Shown here: piece by piece, positions 31,072-40,999 of the stretch
Layout: every line of letters begins with the position of its first letter
Numbering within the stretch: the stretch's first letter is position 1
Assembly: GCA_000091205.1 (NCBI GenBank)
Contig: AP006498.2
Reading direction: 5' to 3' (one strand)
From: Cyanidioschyzon merolae
Taxonomy: Eukaryota
DNA length: 64,000 bases
The notes under the pieces: generated by a model
Seen by the model: only the letters and a program-made list of their open reading frames with translations
What the model was told of the DNA's origin: nothing
Database searches by the model: none
Program-made: the position numbers and the translations under genes

Positions 31072-32316
31072 TCAGGATTCCCTGATAGTATCTGGCGACT
31101 TGTCAGGCTTGTCATTAGATGATGTTGCGACCGAGCCATTCGCACCGTTACTCACAGTTTTCGGCAAGCGCTCTCCGCAGATTCGACAGTAGCGCGCATC
31201 CCAGCTGTGCCGCTTCTGGCCGCAGCGCTGGCACTCAACCGGGCGTGCGTTTCGTCCGAAAAAGGCGGCAGGGTCATCGGGTCCATGTTCCGAGCCTCCT
31301 TCTGTTGCGAAAAGCGCCCTTCCCAGTTGACCAAGCTGGAAAGGAATAATGGCAACACCCACGAGAATCGCCAGGGATATCGTCAGTTTTCCAAGCGGCG
31401 TACGTGGTGCTAAATCACCGAGTCCAACCGTCGTCAAACTGACGATGGAGAAGTAGAGTGCATCAAAATATGTTTGGAACTGTGGGTTTGCGCCATGTTC
31501 AGCATCGTATATCAAACCACTCGTTACCCAAATGATGCTGGCGAGCGTGAAAACAATCTGGGCGATTCGAAGTTTGTATTCCGCGTAGGCAGCATCGGCG
31601 CGCCCGAGGAAAAAGCGCCGAAACGTATCCTCCTCGACGAGTCGCTCGAGGCGCAAGATGCGCAGCACGCGCAGCAGCCGCACGAACTGTAGCTCAAAAG
31701 CATCATTCATCAAACCCTGAGCAATCAAAAAGGGGAATATGCTGATAAAATCTAGTAACATGGCTTTCCTCAGGAGGTATCGGGGGTCCAGTCCCTGGGA
31801 ATAAAAACGCAACAGATACTCTATGACGAAAACCCCGGAGATAACTGCCTCAATTCGCACGAAGAGCTCCCGCAACTCTAAGGATAGCTGTGGGAGCGTT
31901 TCCAAAGCGTACAGCGCCGAGACCGTAACGACCATGCCGGTGAGCACCAGCTCGTAGGCCGGCGAGTTGAGGGCCTCGTCAAGGTCTCGAGCAAACGGGA
32001 GTCGGAAAGCAAGCCGTGAGCCGTCCTCGTCCCTTTCAAATTCAGCCTTAGAAACAATGTACGCCCGAAGAAAGTTGGTCCGCGGCGGTATAACAAGTGT
32101 GCTGCTGGAAACCCTCTGGAGTCGAAGCCTTCGTCTCACATGGCTGTACAAGGCCGTGCGCTCACTCGCGTAACACGAGTTGCAACCCGGTCGCCAAACC
32201 GTCGATAGTACGAACGCCAATCGTGGAACAAGTTCACTGCCGTTTAAATCAGCAGTTCTGAAGCGCATGTCTGAAGTCCAAGTGTGACCGCTCCACCTGA
32301 AATATCTCCGGCTCAT
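31072..32316 (-). CDS. Voltage-gated cation channel subunit (6TM-type, K+-channel-like pore) with a C-terminal CxxC-x10-CxxC zinc ribbon. The start is uncertain: the ORF track start at 32400 is GTG, and ATG candidates lie at ~32316 and ~32268.
   Basis: The S4 voltage sensor is FVRLLRVLRILRLERL. The pore/selectivity-filter-like segment is FSIVSLTTVGLGDLAP (compare the canonical TVGYGD). The TM helices are LVLTGMVVTVSALYALE, ISGVFVIEYLL, IVFTLASIIWV and LAILVGVAIIPF. The C-terminal CQRCGQKRHSWDARYCRICGERL is a zinc ribbon. Confidence 0.6.
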   Translation of the reverse strand: MSRRYFRWSGHTWTSDMRFRTADLNGSELVPRLAFVLSTVWRPGCNSCYASERTALYSHVRRRLRLQRVSSSTLVIPPRTNFLRAYIVSKAEFERDEDGSRLAFRLPFARDLDEALNSPAYELVLTGMVVTVSALYALETLPQLSLELRELFVRIEAVISGVFVIEYLLRFYSQGLDPRYLLRKAMLLDFISIFPFLIAQGLMNDAFELQFVRLLRVLRILRLERLVEEDTFRRFFLGRADAAYAEYKLRIAQIVFTLASIIWVTSGLIYDAEHGANPQFQTYFDALYFSIVSLTTVGLGDLAPRTPLGKLTISLAILVGVAIIPFQLGQLGRALFATEGGSEHGPDDPAAFFGRNARPVECQRCGQKRHSWDARYCRICGERLPKTVSNGANGSVATSSNDKPDKSPDTIRES

Positions 32317-32875
32317 ATCTTTGAACCCATGGCTCACTTCTCGTGAATATCTCGCAGCAGACCTGAGCGCTGGTACGTGGCAGCGTCCGTTTCGCCCCAC
32401 TGGCGCGAGGCGGTTTCGAATCGCAGAATTGCGCGCGAGCGGCGACCTCCGGGATCGATAAACAGCTCATAGATCGAGCGGTACTTGTGGGCGCTCTGTA
32501 GAGAGACTCGAGCGACTTGGTGCCAGTCACTGGAACGTAGTTTCTTGACATCTTTCATCGTGGATATAGGCTTGGGACCTGTCACTGATTCCGTAGCGGG
32601 TTCGAGTTCGGTGGTGGAGTGTTCTTTTTCTTTCCCAGGGGAGGCCAGCGTCATCCGCGTAGTTGCTGGACACACACACACACAGACAGACAAGGGAAGC
32701 TGCATCGTGGGTTTCTAGTGTTTGCTGCGCAGTCTGCACCGCGCAGATTTCATCAAGTCTTGCTAGTAGTTCGTGTCAGGTGCTGCGGTGACAGCGGCTG
32801 CACGCAACTTGCGCGTCGACTGTGTTGCTGGCGTTGGGCCTCTGCTTTTGGTGCGTTTTCTAACAAGCACGCTCC

Positions 32876-34813
32876 ATGGAAGCTAAGGACGACTGCACAG
32901 TCATGAACGAGGCAGACAAGGTTGCAGCGTCGCTCGAGGAGCTCGCTGCGCACGAACCGATAGGAACCCTGCTCCTTCGGCGGGCACTAGCGGCAGATGA
33001 GGCGGTTTCGCACCTACATGAGTACGCTGGAGGCTCTGTATATCTCGAGCGACTTCATGCGCGAACAATGGTGGTGTACTTGAGGGATCGTTTCCGATTA
33101 AATCCACTTTTCGAAAGTTCAGACCAGGTTCTCGAAGTGGCGAATGTCATCCATTCATCGCATCCGCGCTCATTCGAGAAGTGTCAGGATCTGTTCCAGC
33201 GGTTTATGTTGGAACTACTCACCCAATATGTGCTCATGGACGCAATGGAGCGGTTGCAAAACCGTGGAACCTGGCAGGTAGACCTGGAACCTTTAGAAGA
33301 ACTCGTGCAGGAGGATCCATCGTACGCATCCGGTCTGGCGCGTGTGAGATTGCACGAGTTGGAAGCGATATTCGCGAAAAAGCATAGTCCGCTTTCGCAA
33401 AAGTCTTCCTCGAAGGCGAAGAAATCGTCGGCTTCTGCCAACAAGTATCTTGGTCTGGATCAGCGACAGCTGGCGACATCGCTTTTTCCAGAGGACCGCC
33501 TGCTCCCAATGGCCACGGAGTATGTGGAAGCGCTTCTTGAATGGCTTGGAAAGCCACCGTTGACTGCAGCGCTGGAAGCGCTTGCGATGCTCGAAAGGCA
33601 CAACGCTGCGAATCCGCATGGGCATGAAGCCGCATCTCCGTCGAGACTCGATTCCGAAGCACTCTCTGAGACGACTGCACGGCCGCAGAGGACGCAAACC
33701 GGGAATGAGAACCTTTCGCGATCACCGGGAAAAAGAGCGGAAATACGACCTGCCCCAGTAGCTGTTGCAGTTGGTGAGCAAGCGGCACAGACCACCGCGC
33801 TCGCGACCAAGAAGAGCGCTTCGAGGTCGCAAACGTCGACGCCGCCAGCCAGCGCTGCGGTACCACCAGCACCTCGTGGAACAAAACACGCTGAATCTGC
33901 GCTGGATGAAGCGTTTGCGCAGCATGGGCGCACAGGATCGTCAACGCGGGTTCAGGAAGCGTCGTCGACGGTGGATCAACAGCAAACCGAGCATGTGAAG
34001 TCGAGAACGCGAGTTCCGACACCAGCCGCGGACCAAGACCGGGAACCTGCTGCGAAACAGGTGGATCCGACAGATGATGCCATTGCGGAGGCCTTGCGAT
34101 ACAACGCACCAGATGAAAAAAGGCAGAGAGGAAAAGCCGCACCCCGTCTGCCTGCTGCAAAAGGGGCGCGCTTATTCCGACACCCTTCATCACTGACCAC
34201 GAATGAATATGTCGCTACACAGGAGAAGGTATCGGAGCACAAACGGCGGAAACGTGTGCATGAGCCTGTTGCGCCGGCATTCGAGTCAGATGCGGGCGGG
34301 AGACAGCCAGCTCGTCCTACGTCGCAGCCACAGGCACCTATGACGCGACCTGGTTCCCCGCAGCCAACGAAGCCGGCGACCAGAGGCGGTCATGAACTTC
34401 CTTTATCAAATGAGGGCGGCATCAAGCTCGGCCCCCTCGTTCGATACACCCCCGAAGAGGACGAGGCGCTACTTGACGGCATTCGGGCCTGTGGCGTGGG
34501 CCACTGGCGACTCATCCTGAATCGTATTCAGGACCGGCTACAGGAACCGCATCGGAGCTACCAGTCCGTTCGGAAACGAGCGGAGCAGCTGATATCCCAG
34601 ATTGGGACCCTCCCGGAGCCACCACCGCCTTTGAACAGCTTTGCCAAAGTCCACTTCACAGCCGAAGAAGATGCCGAACTGCGAAAGGGGATCGATCTCT
34701 TCGGCTACGGCTCGTGGTCGCGTATTCTCAAACACGGTCGTTTTCACCCAAAAAGAACCGCGGAGTCGCTAAAATCACGCGCTCGGGTTCTGAAGCTCAA
34801 TCGTCTGCTCTAG
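32876..34813 (+). CDS. Myb/SANT DNA-binding protein with two C-terminal telobox-like Myb repeats (TRF/Taz1-like architecture). The N-terminal two thirds are low-complexity.
   Basis: The two repeats are LVRYTPEEDEALLDGIRACGVGHWRLILNRI and VHFTAEEDAELRKGIDLFGYGSWSRILKHGRF. Both show the W..EED..L..G....G.G.W..I pattern of single-repeat telomeric Myb domains. Confidence 0.55.
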   Translation: MEAKDDCTVMNEADKVAASLEELAAHEPIGTLLLRRALAADEAVSHLHEYAGGSVYLERLHARTMVVYLRDRFRLNPLFESSDQVLEVANVIHSSHPRSFEKCQDLFQRFMLELLTQYVLMDAMERLQNRGTWQVDLEPLEELVQEDPSYASGLARVRLHELEAIFAKKHSPLSQKSSSKAKKSSASANKYLGLDQRQLATSLFPEDRLLPMATEYVEALLEWLGKPPLTAALEALAMLERHNAANPHGHEAASPSRLDSEALSETTARPQRTQTGNENLSRSPGKRAEIRPAPVAVAVGEQAAQTTALATKKSASRSQTSTPPASAAVPPAPRGTKHAESALDEAFAQHGRTGSSTRVQEASSTVDQQQTEHVKSRTRVPTPAADQDREPAAKQVDPTDDAIAEALRYNAPDEKRQRGKAAPRLPAAKGARLFRHPSSLTTNEYVATQEKVSEHKRRKRVHEPVAPAFESDAGGRQPARPTSQPQAPMTRPGSPQPTKPATRGGHELPLSNEGGIKLGPLVRYTPEEDEALLDGIRACGVGHWRLILNRIQDRLQEPHRSYQSVRKRAEQLISQIGTLPEPPPPLNSFAKVHFTAEEDAELRKGIDLFGYGSWSRILKHGRFHPKRTAESLKSRARVLKLNRLL

Positions 34814-35896
34814 CTTTGCCTCGAGCGCCAACACGCGACCTCGCATTATGCATGTCAACCTGCACTACAAGCGTCTGCTTCAGTTCAAGCCGAGCAAATC
34901 CGGAAACCACCCGGTTACCGCGTCTATGTTCTTGCGGACTGCCCGAGAGCACGCGCGGCTCGCACACGACCTATGAAGCGTGCACCGTGACGTCGCCGTT
35001 GTCGCAGACCCCAAACATCCCTACTTTCCGAGTCTGAACGCTTTGCACCGCTGCTTCTTTCTTCAACCCCAGCGTGCATTCCAAGGACACGTGTTCTCCT
35101 GCGATTCCGCACTGGCATGCACGTCGATGGCGACACGCATCGCAGGCTGCGGCATTGCATGCATCCTGCCACGTGTCCGATCTGCTGTCTCCGATGCGTG
35201 CAAGCTTTCACTTGTGTGCTATCGTGCGAATTTGAAGCGCGCATTGGTGCTTGATATAGTGCAACACATCCAAATTTGGGCACCGTGCCGTGGAAGCCTT
35301 TTTGGTTTTTTGAAGGGCTAAAGATTCGATGTAGGATCGTGTGTACACCAACCGTGATGCCTCGATTCCGCGATGGGTATCTGCGTTCGGGAAGGCATCC
35401 GAGGCTCCACGCCTTGCCACCGAGTTCCGGGACCCATGTCTGCCCTCGGAGATATTGGTCATTTCGCTGGTTCCATCCGGTGCGGAGTCTATCGTGAGCG
35501 CCCCCTGGGACGCTGCCAGCGTCGGTACCGATAGAATGTCCAGAGGGAACGGCTTCGTTATGTCGCTGAGGACGTCCGCCAGAGGCGCCGCTCATCCGAC
35601 GAGGATACGGTCTCGTCGTCCGTTCGTGCTGCAACAGTAGGCGTATGCAAGCCTGCCTTCGTCATACTGAAGAAAATCAGGTGCTAGAACGAATCCTGCG
35701 GACCGAGTTTCCGCTTCGTAATTGTATGCGGCATGCGTCGCTGTTTGGCGATGCAGGCCTTGGCTCGGCATGCACTAGTGCAGAGGATCACGAAGCGCAT
35801 GACCTGCATGCTCGTCCGGTTCACGGGGCCTACCGCTTAGAAGGTAAAATGCCCCGAGTGGGCCGTCTCATGATTTTGGAATACGACCGAATGCGC

Positions 35897-37378
35897 TCAG
35901 GTTGGTGTACGATTCCCGGTTTTTGCCGTGGTCGGCGGTCGCTGCTCCTGCTGCAGCTGCTGCCAGCGGTCATACAGGGCTCCTAAACCAGCGACCTCGC
36001 TGCAGAGTGCCTCTATGGCTAGGCTTCGGTGCAAGCCGTCGAGTATCGGCTGGGATGCTGTTCGACGATCGGCTGCTACAGCTGATGCCTCATAGGGCGG
36101 CAAGGCGACCAGGATGCGTCGCAGGCGTGACCATCGCTGAGCATCTTGTTCGGATAGACTAACATTCGTTTGCGCCGAGGTTTGATGGCTCTGCAGCTCC
36201 TGCACAAAGGATCGAGCGCCGCGCACACACTCTTCGAGCGCACAGACAGACTGCTCGAGAGCGCAGAGCTCTGCGTAGAGGCGGCTGCAGCTCACCGAGT
36301 CCTGTACGCTGCGCAACGCTAGCGACAGCGCCATGCTGAGGACCTCGCTTTGGCTCCAAGAATCCGAGGCTGGCTCGCTAACGCAATCCTCCGTCGAATC
36401 AGCTGTACTGACTGCCTGTGCATGTTTGACACCCTGGACGTTCGGGCAGCTTTCGGTGCGCAGCGCAGTCGGAATGATGCGTTCAGAAAAAACGCGTGCG
36501 GCTGTCGCGCATGTGTCGGTAGCGTCCCGAGTCCTCGACGGTTGGTCGTGCCCAGGTGCGGAAACATCTGCGCCCAATGATTCTTTATCGTCGCTTTCAG
36601 TCCCCGCGTGAATACGACCAGCATTCGAATGTGATGACGACGAGCCCCAAAAAAGCGTTTGAATGACGTATCGCTCGGCTTCGGATTCCTCGACGAGCAG
36701 AGAAAGCTGTCTGATGTGTAAGCTGCCGAGAAACTCCTCCCACTGCTTAATGGTGTGTGTCCGCGGCACCCAAGCAACCTCCGCTGCCCCCGCCGCTACC
36801 TCCTTGCCGTCGTTTTCTGAACGTGGAGCTATCAGCCAGACTCGCACATTAGGATCCGCTGATGCCGCAGCACCAGCAGTAGCAACAACTCCGTCTTCTT
36901 CCCGAGTCAACGTCGCAAACTTGACATCCAACCAGATTGCCTCTTCTACAAACTCATGCATGATCGCGGCGTCGACGCTTAGTTGACTAGCGTCTAATGC
37001 TGTCGATTCGTCTTTTGCACTCGCGCTTCCAGCTGCGTACCATCCGAGAAGCGTCATTTCCCGATACATCAGACGCGCCGCCTGATAGACGCGTTCAATA
37101 TGGTGTGGCGTGAAAGGTACACACTCCGCTACAGCCATAATGCGCCAACAACAAGACCTTGAAACTGCAGCGGCACACTGAAGATGCAGCACGGCCGTCT
37201 CCGCAGGCCAGTCCGGCCTCGTTCCAAAGACAAGCCCCTGTGTCACCACACGCCCAGTAGCCTGGGTGCCACTAGAGGCTCCCCGGGCCCCGGCACAGAG
37301 CCGCTCAAGGGACCGTGTGTAGGTTTCCGATACTCTCAGAAGCGCTAACGGGTGCACGCATACTGCCTGGGCATCCAT
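35897..37378 (-). CDS. MPN (Mov34/JAB) domain protein, a non-catalytic MPN- type (no HxH JAMM motif seen). It could be eIF3h-, CSN6- or Rpn8-like; it has a long C-terminal extension.
   Basis: The N-terminus VCVHPLALLRVSETYTR matches the start of the MPN fold. ...MTLLGWYAAGSAS matches the conserved GWY.TG segment. Confidence 0.5.
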   Translation of the reverse strand: MDAQAVCVHPLALLRVSETYTRSLERLCAGARGASSGTQATGRVVTQGLVFGTRPDWPAETAVLHLQCAAAVSRSCCWRIMAVAECVPFTPHHIERVYQAARLMYREMTLLGWYAAGSASAKDESTALDASQLSVDAAIMHEFVEEAIWLDVKFATLTREEDGVVATAGAAASADPNVRVWLIAPRSENDGKEVAAGAAEVAWVPRTHTIKQWEEFLGSLHIRQLSLLVEESEAERYVIQTLFWGSSSSHSNAGRIHAGTESDDKESLGADVSAPGHDQPSRTRDATDTCATAARVFSERIIPTALRTESCPNVQGVKHAQAVSTADSTEDCVSEPASDSWSQSEVLSMALSLALRSVQDSVSCSRLYAELCALEQSVCALEECVRGARSFVQELQSHQTSAQTNVSLSEQDAQRWSRLRRILVALPPYEASAVAADRRTASQPILDGLHRSLAIEALCSEVAGLGALYDRWQQLQQEQRPPTTAKTGNRTPT

Positions 37379-37458
37379 ACTGCTCCTGTGTGCCGTCTAA
37401 ACGCCGAGGGCAAGCTCCACGCCAGGAGTCGCTGCAAAGAGCGCTGCCGGCACTATCA

Positions 37459-37632
37459 ACCAACCAGGGCTTCGAGTCAGTGTGCACGCGCTTCCTTGTC
37501 CACAACGCTGATTGATAGCGATATACCTGCAAACGCGACGTGAACGCCAACCTACCAGGGCTTCGGGTCAGTGCGCACCCGCTTCCTTGTCCACAACGCT
37601 GATTATTAGCGATATACCCGCAAACACAACAA
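37459..37632. repeat. Two tandem copies of an ~88-bp unit in the divergent intergenic region between genes 35897..37378 (-) and 38035..39597 (+).
   Basis: Unit 1: caaccagggcttcgagtcagtgtgcacgcgcttccttgtccacaacgctgattgatagcgatatacctgcaaacgcgacgtgaacgc. Unit 2: caacctaccagggcttcgggtcagtgcgcacccgcttccttgtccacaacgctgattattagcgatatacccgcaaacacaac. The two units are about 90% identical. Confidence 0.7.
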
Positions 37633-37845
37633 CTGATGAAGCAGCGATCTCGCCGGCAAACGTGCACCCAACGCTACCAACTATGCTCGTCCAGGATGTA
37701 GTGTCTGTGCCGCCCAGTCCATGCTGATAGTTCAGTTACCGCTCCACGGAGTCGGTGGAGGATTGTCTAGCCCCCCTGCAAAGCATGCACTGCGGTAGCC
37801 GCGATGCCTGCCCGCATCACTCGATACGCGGTGTATGGAAGCGTT

Positions 37846-37930
37846 GGCTGGCTGGCTGCCTGGATGGCTGCCTGGATGGCTGCCTGCCTGCCTGCCTGGA
37901 TAGCTGCCTGCCTGCCTGGATGGATGGATT
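37846..37930. repeat. Simple-sequence repeat of (GCCTG)/(GGATG) units, low complexity, in the same divergent intergenic region.
   Basis: The sequence ggctggctggctgcctggatggctgcctggatggctgcctgcctgcctgcctggatagctgcctgcctgcctggatggatgg is read directly. Confidence 0.7.
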
Positions 37931-38034
37931 CGGGGCGGCATCGGTGCGCTGCCCGTGACACCCTGCAATCGACGTGCGCCTAGCCCAGACTGGCCCCAGA
38001 CGCTGCAGCAGTTTTGAGCGAATAACCCTGCTGC

Positions 38035-39597
38035 ATGGGGGACGATAGCTCGGACAAGGGCCCAGACAAAGAGCCCAAATGGGATCAAGCAGGGCAAGGC
38101 TGGTCTCTCCCGAGACCCACGGGGTCATGCTCCGAACCAGGATGCGTTGAGTACGGATCCACTCCTGATTTAGGCGCAAACGAGCCTAGTGCCGCAGGCT
38201 CGACTTCACTTGCCGCGGCGGAAGATTGGAGCAACGTCGCTGGCGTTGACGATGATTTTGATAACGCTGACGACGACGACAACGACGACAACGTCGAGGA
38301 CCTGGAGTTTGTGCACCAAGGCGCGAGCGAGTTCGCTTCTGAGGGTGTCGATGTGGACGGGACGTCAACGCAGACGCGGTCGAAAGGTCGCCAGCGCCCG
38401 GCGAACCAGCGTTCCAGGATTAGTCGGCGTAGCAGACGCTACGACCCGCTTCCCCAGCAACCGGATGGTGTTGTGGTACGCCGAAGAAAGGAGCCTGCGA
38501 AAGTTGAGAACGCCACACAGGGAAACTTTGGTTTGTTCGCACACCAGGAAACTGCCGCAGGAGACAACACGCTGGAGATTGAGCCCGCACCCGAGGATGC
38601 TCCTTCCGAAGGTGTCCCTATCCGAGGCCAGGATCCAAACGAGCTGGCTCCATTCGATCACGCCGAAACGCTGGATTTAGAGCAAGGTGTCACCCATGAA
38701 CCAGTGCTTTTTAACGCAGCAGTACGTCCAAAGCGATGGACTTGGAAGCGTCTCTGGAGGCGGCTTTTTCGATGGCGGCGACCGCTGGACCCCACAACGA
38801 GCGGGAGCGCGCTCACGCCCCAGCCCTATGACGCGCTGCGCAGGGAGCCGGGGCCCTCAAACAACCCTGCGGATGTCGAGTTGGACCCAGAGGATGAAGA
38901 AGGTCCAGAAATGCTCAGCGCAGCCATTGGTGACTTTTTGTCGGCACAGTACAGCTGGGAAATCCACGCGCATCGACTGGTGTCGCAGCCGGATCAATCC
39001 TATGCCATTGCAGTGAATCGAGAAGCGCTGGAGCGCAAGGAGCAGCTCCGTACCGAAGAGCAGCGTCAAGCTGCAGAGCAATCTCGGCTGCGCATGGCAG
39101 CGATGCAGTTCCGTTCGCTCTTCATCAGGGACGCTTCGCATGACGAGGCCATGGCAACCGGTGATCCCGACGCTTTCGACTTGAGTGTTGCTGAGCTTGA
39201 AATGCATGAGAGACGCGTTCGCGCGTTTCGAATTCTGCTGCTCTTTGATGCGATCTTTTTTGTCTTGCTTAGCATTACTTGGCTTGATGCGCTGATTGCG
39301 CACGACGTCAGCAATCTGCAGAGCACTATAATTGACGGAGTCGTGTGTGGCACCAACATCGTCATTGACATTATAGGCCTTCGTGCCGTCAGCGTCCAGT
39401 CTGCCAGGTGGCTTGGCGTCTTCATCGCGCTCTACTGGATATCTCTGATCGGTACCATTATTGCGATTCCGCTACTGCCACTGATTCCGTTGCTGAGATT
39501 CCTTTTGCTGCCCATGGCTGCGGCCATCAAACAGTTCATCGAATTTCAGGAACGGCAACAACAGCAGCTTCAAAATCAAGCAATGATTTTCGTCTAG
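38035..39597 (+). CDS. hypothetical multi-pass membrane protein (520 aa) with an acidic D/N-rich N-terminal region and a poly-Q C-terminal end
   Basis: ATG start. The acidic run is DDDFDNADDDDNDDNVEDLEF. The C-terminal hydrophobic helices are FRILLLFDAIFFVLLSITWL, VVCGTNIVIDIIGL, LGVFIALYWISLIGTIIAIPLLPLIPLLRFLLLPMAAAI and QQQQLQNQ. No recognisable domain. Confidence 0.35.
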   Translation: MGDDSSDKGPDKEPKWDQAGQGWSLPRPTGSCSEPGCVEYGSTPDLGANEPSAAGSTSLAAAEDWSNVAGVDDDFDNADDDDNDDNVEDLEFVHQGASEFASEGVDVDGTSTQTRSKGRQRPANQRSRISRRSRRYDPLPQQPDGVVVRRRKEPAKVENATQGNFGLFAHQETAAGDNTLEIEPAPEDAPSEGVPIRGQDPNELAPFDHAETLDLEQGVTHEPVLFNAAVRPKRWTWKRLWRRLFRWRRPLDPTTSGSALTPQPYDALRREPGPSNNPADVELDPEDEEGPEMLSAAIGDFLSAQYSWEIHAHRLVSQPDQSYAIAVNREALERKEQLRTEEQRQAAEQSRLRMAAMQFRSLFIRDASHDEAMATGDPDAFDLSVAELEMHERRVRAFRILLLFDAIFFVLLSITWLDALIAHDVSNLQSTIIDGVVCGTNIVIDIIGLRAVSVQSARWLGVFIALYWISLIGTIIAIPLLPLIPLLRFLLLPMAAAIKQFIEFQERQQQQLQNQAMIFV

Positions 39598-40999
39598 TAG
39601 GTGCACGAGGCAGCTTGCACGTGCATGCACGGACGATACGAGTGGATGGTATTCTCTAGCATCGTTTCGAGGCAAGTCTGCAAATGGCATCAACTTGCAA
39701 CGGATCATTCGGCGGAATCCTAGCTCGTTTTCGCGAGCCACGACGGCATTCATCCAATACGCCTCCGAATCTCGCAACAGCGTCTTGTTGACACTGTTGC
39801 CACCTAGTGCAGCTTGCCAGGCGACGTTTCGCACCGAATCCGGTGAACCTACACGCGTTCGCCTACCCTGACGGTGTCGCGTTCCACTTGCGGATACTCG
39901 TGCACGAATACCGCATGTGATGCGAATCCGAGCACCTGGCCTGTGTCGGTGCATGTTGTTTCTCGAGCACGGGTTGCTTTGGCGCTGCTCGGGACATAGA
40001 ATCGCCACGCCGTAGCCAGCGGTGGCTTTGTGAATAAACACGTAGCATGCAACGATATTCTGCTCGGTGCGTACCAGCAGTTGCGGGGCGCATGACCGCT
40101 CAGCGTGTAGTACAACGCACCTGAAACGTCGTTTTGGGTCCGTGTGAGTGCCGCGGTTGCCCGCTGAACCTCATTCATGGCCCTGTCGCACGACACCGTC
40201 TGGGTAGCGGTGATGCACTCGTTTACGTGGAGGGTGTCTCTGAATTAGGCTCGAGACCGCCAACTTCGGTCAGCTGCAGCTGTGTATCGGAGCACTGGTG
40301 CGAGCCATGTGCGCTTCGGTCGCGGGGTTCCAGCCCTCTGTTATTGGTCGGTGTCGAAGACCCGCTTACGTTTCAGGGAACCGCACGCAACAGCGGTACT
40401 ATGCATATCCGGCACCGATACCGGAACCCGAAGGTCTACCGTACCGCCCTTGTCCGGGGACGCAGCGCACCGTCGTTGACGTCGCTGAGCTGCCGCAACA
40501 ACGACTGCCGGTACTGCTTGTTGTAGAGCGACTTACGCGGGCGCTGCCAGTGCTGTTGGTGCTGGTGCTGGTGCCACGGCTCGGCAGCGTAGTTCCAACG
40601 ATGAAGTTGGTACGCAGTGTACCCTGGGTTCGGTTTCACTCGCAGATGCCTTGTGCTGGCTGACTTCGAAAGCTCTCCAGTGCGTTCTGCAAAAAGCCGA
40701 ATCGACCTGCGTGGTGTCGGCAGCTTACCGTCTGGGGTCTTGCTCGCTTCCGCTCCTGAGAGCACCGCGCTCCCTCTATGGACGCGCTTTCCAGAGACGT
40801 CGAGCGCTCACTCAAACCTCTCTGAGTAGCGTAGAACGGTTCGGGAAAATGTCGCCTGCACCGGACACGCATCGAACTGCCGCTGTTCGCTTGAAGCGAC
40901 CTATTTGCACTAGGGCCTCACTTCGCTTTACACCTCAGGGATGCTCGGGTTGAGGCTCAGGAACGCAACGGTGAACACTCGCCTACGCTTCGCCTTGTT

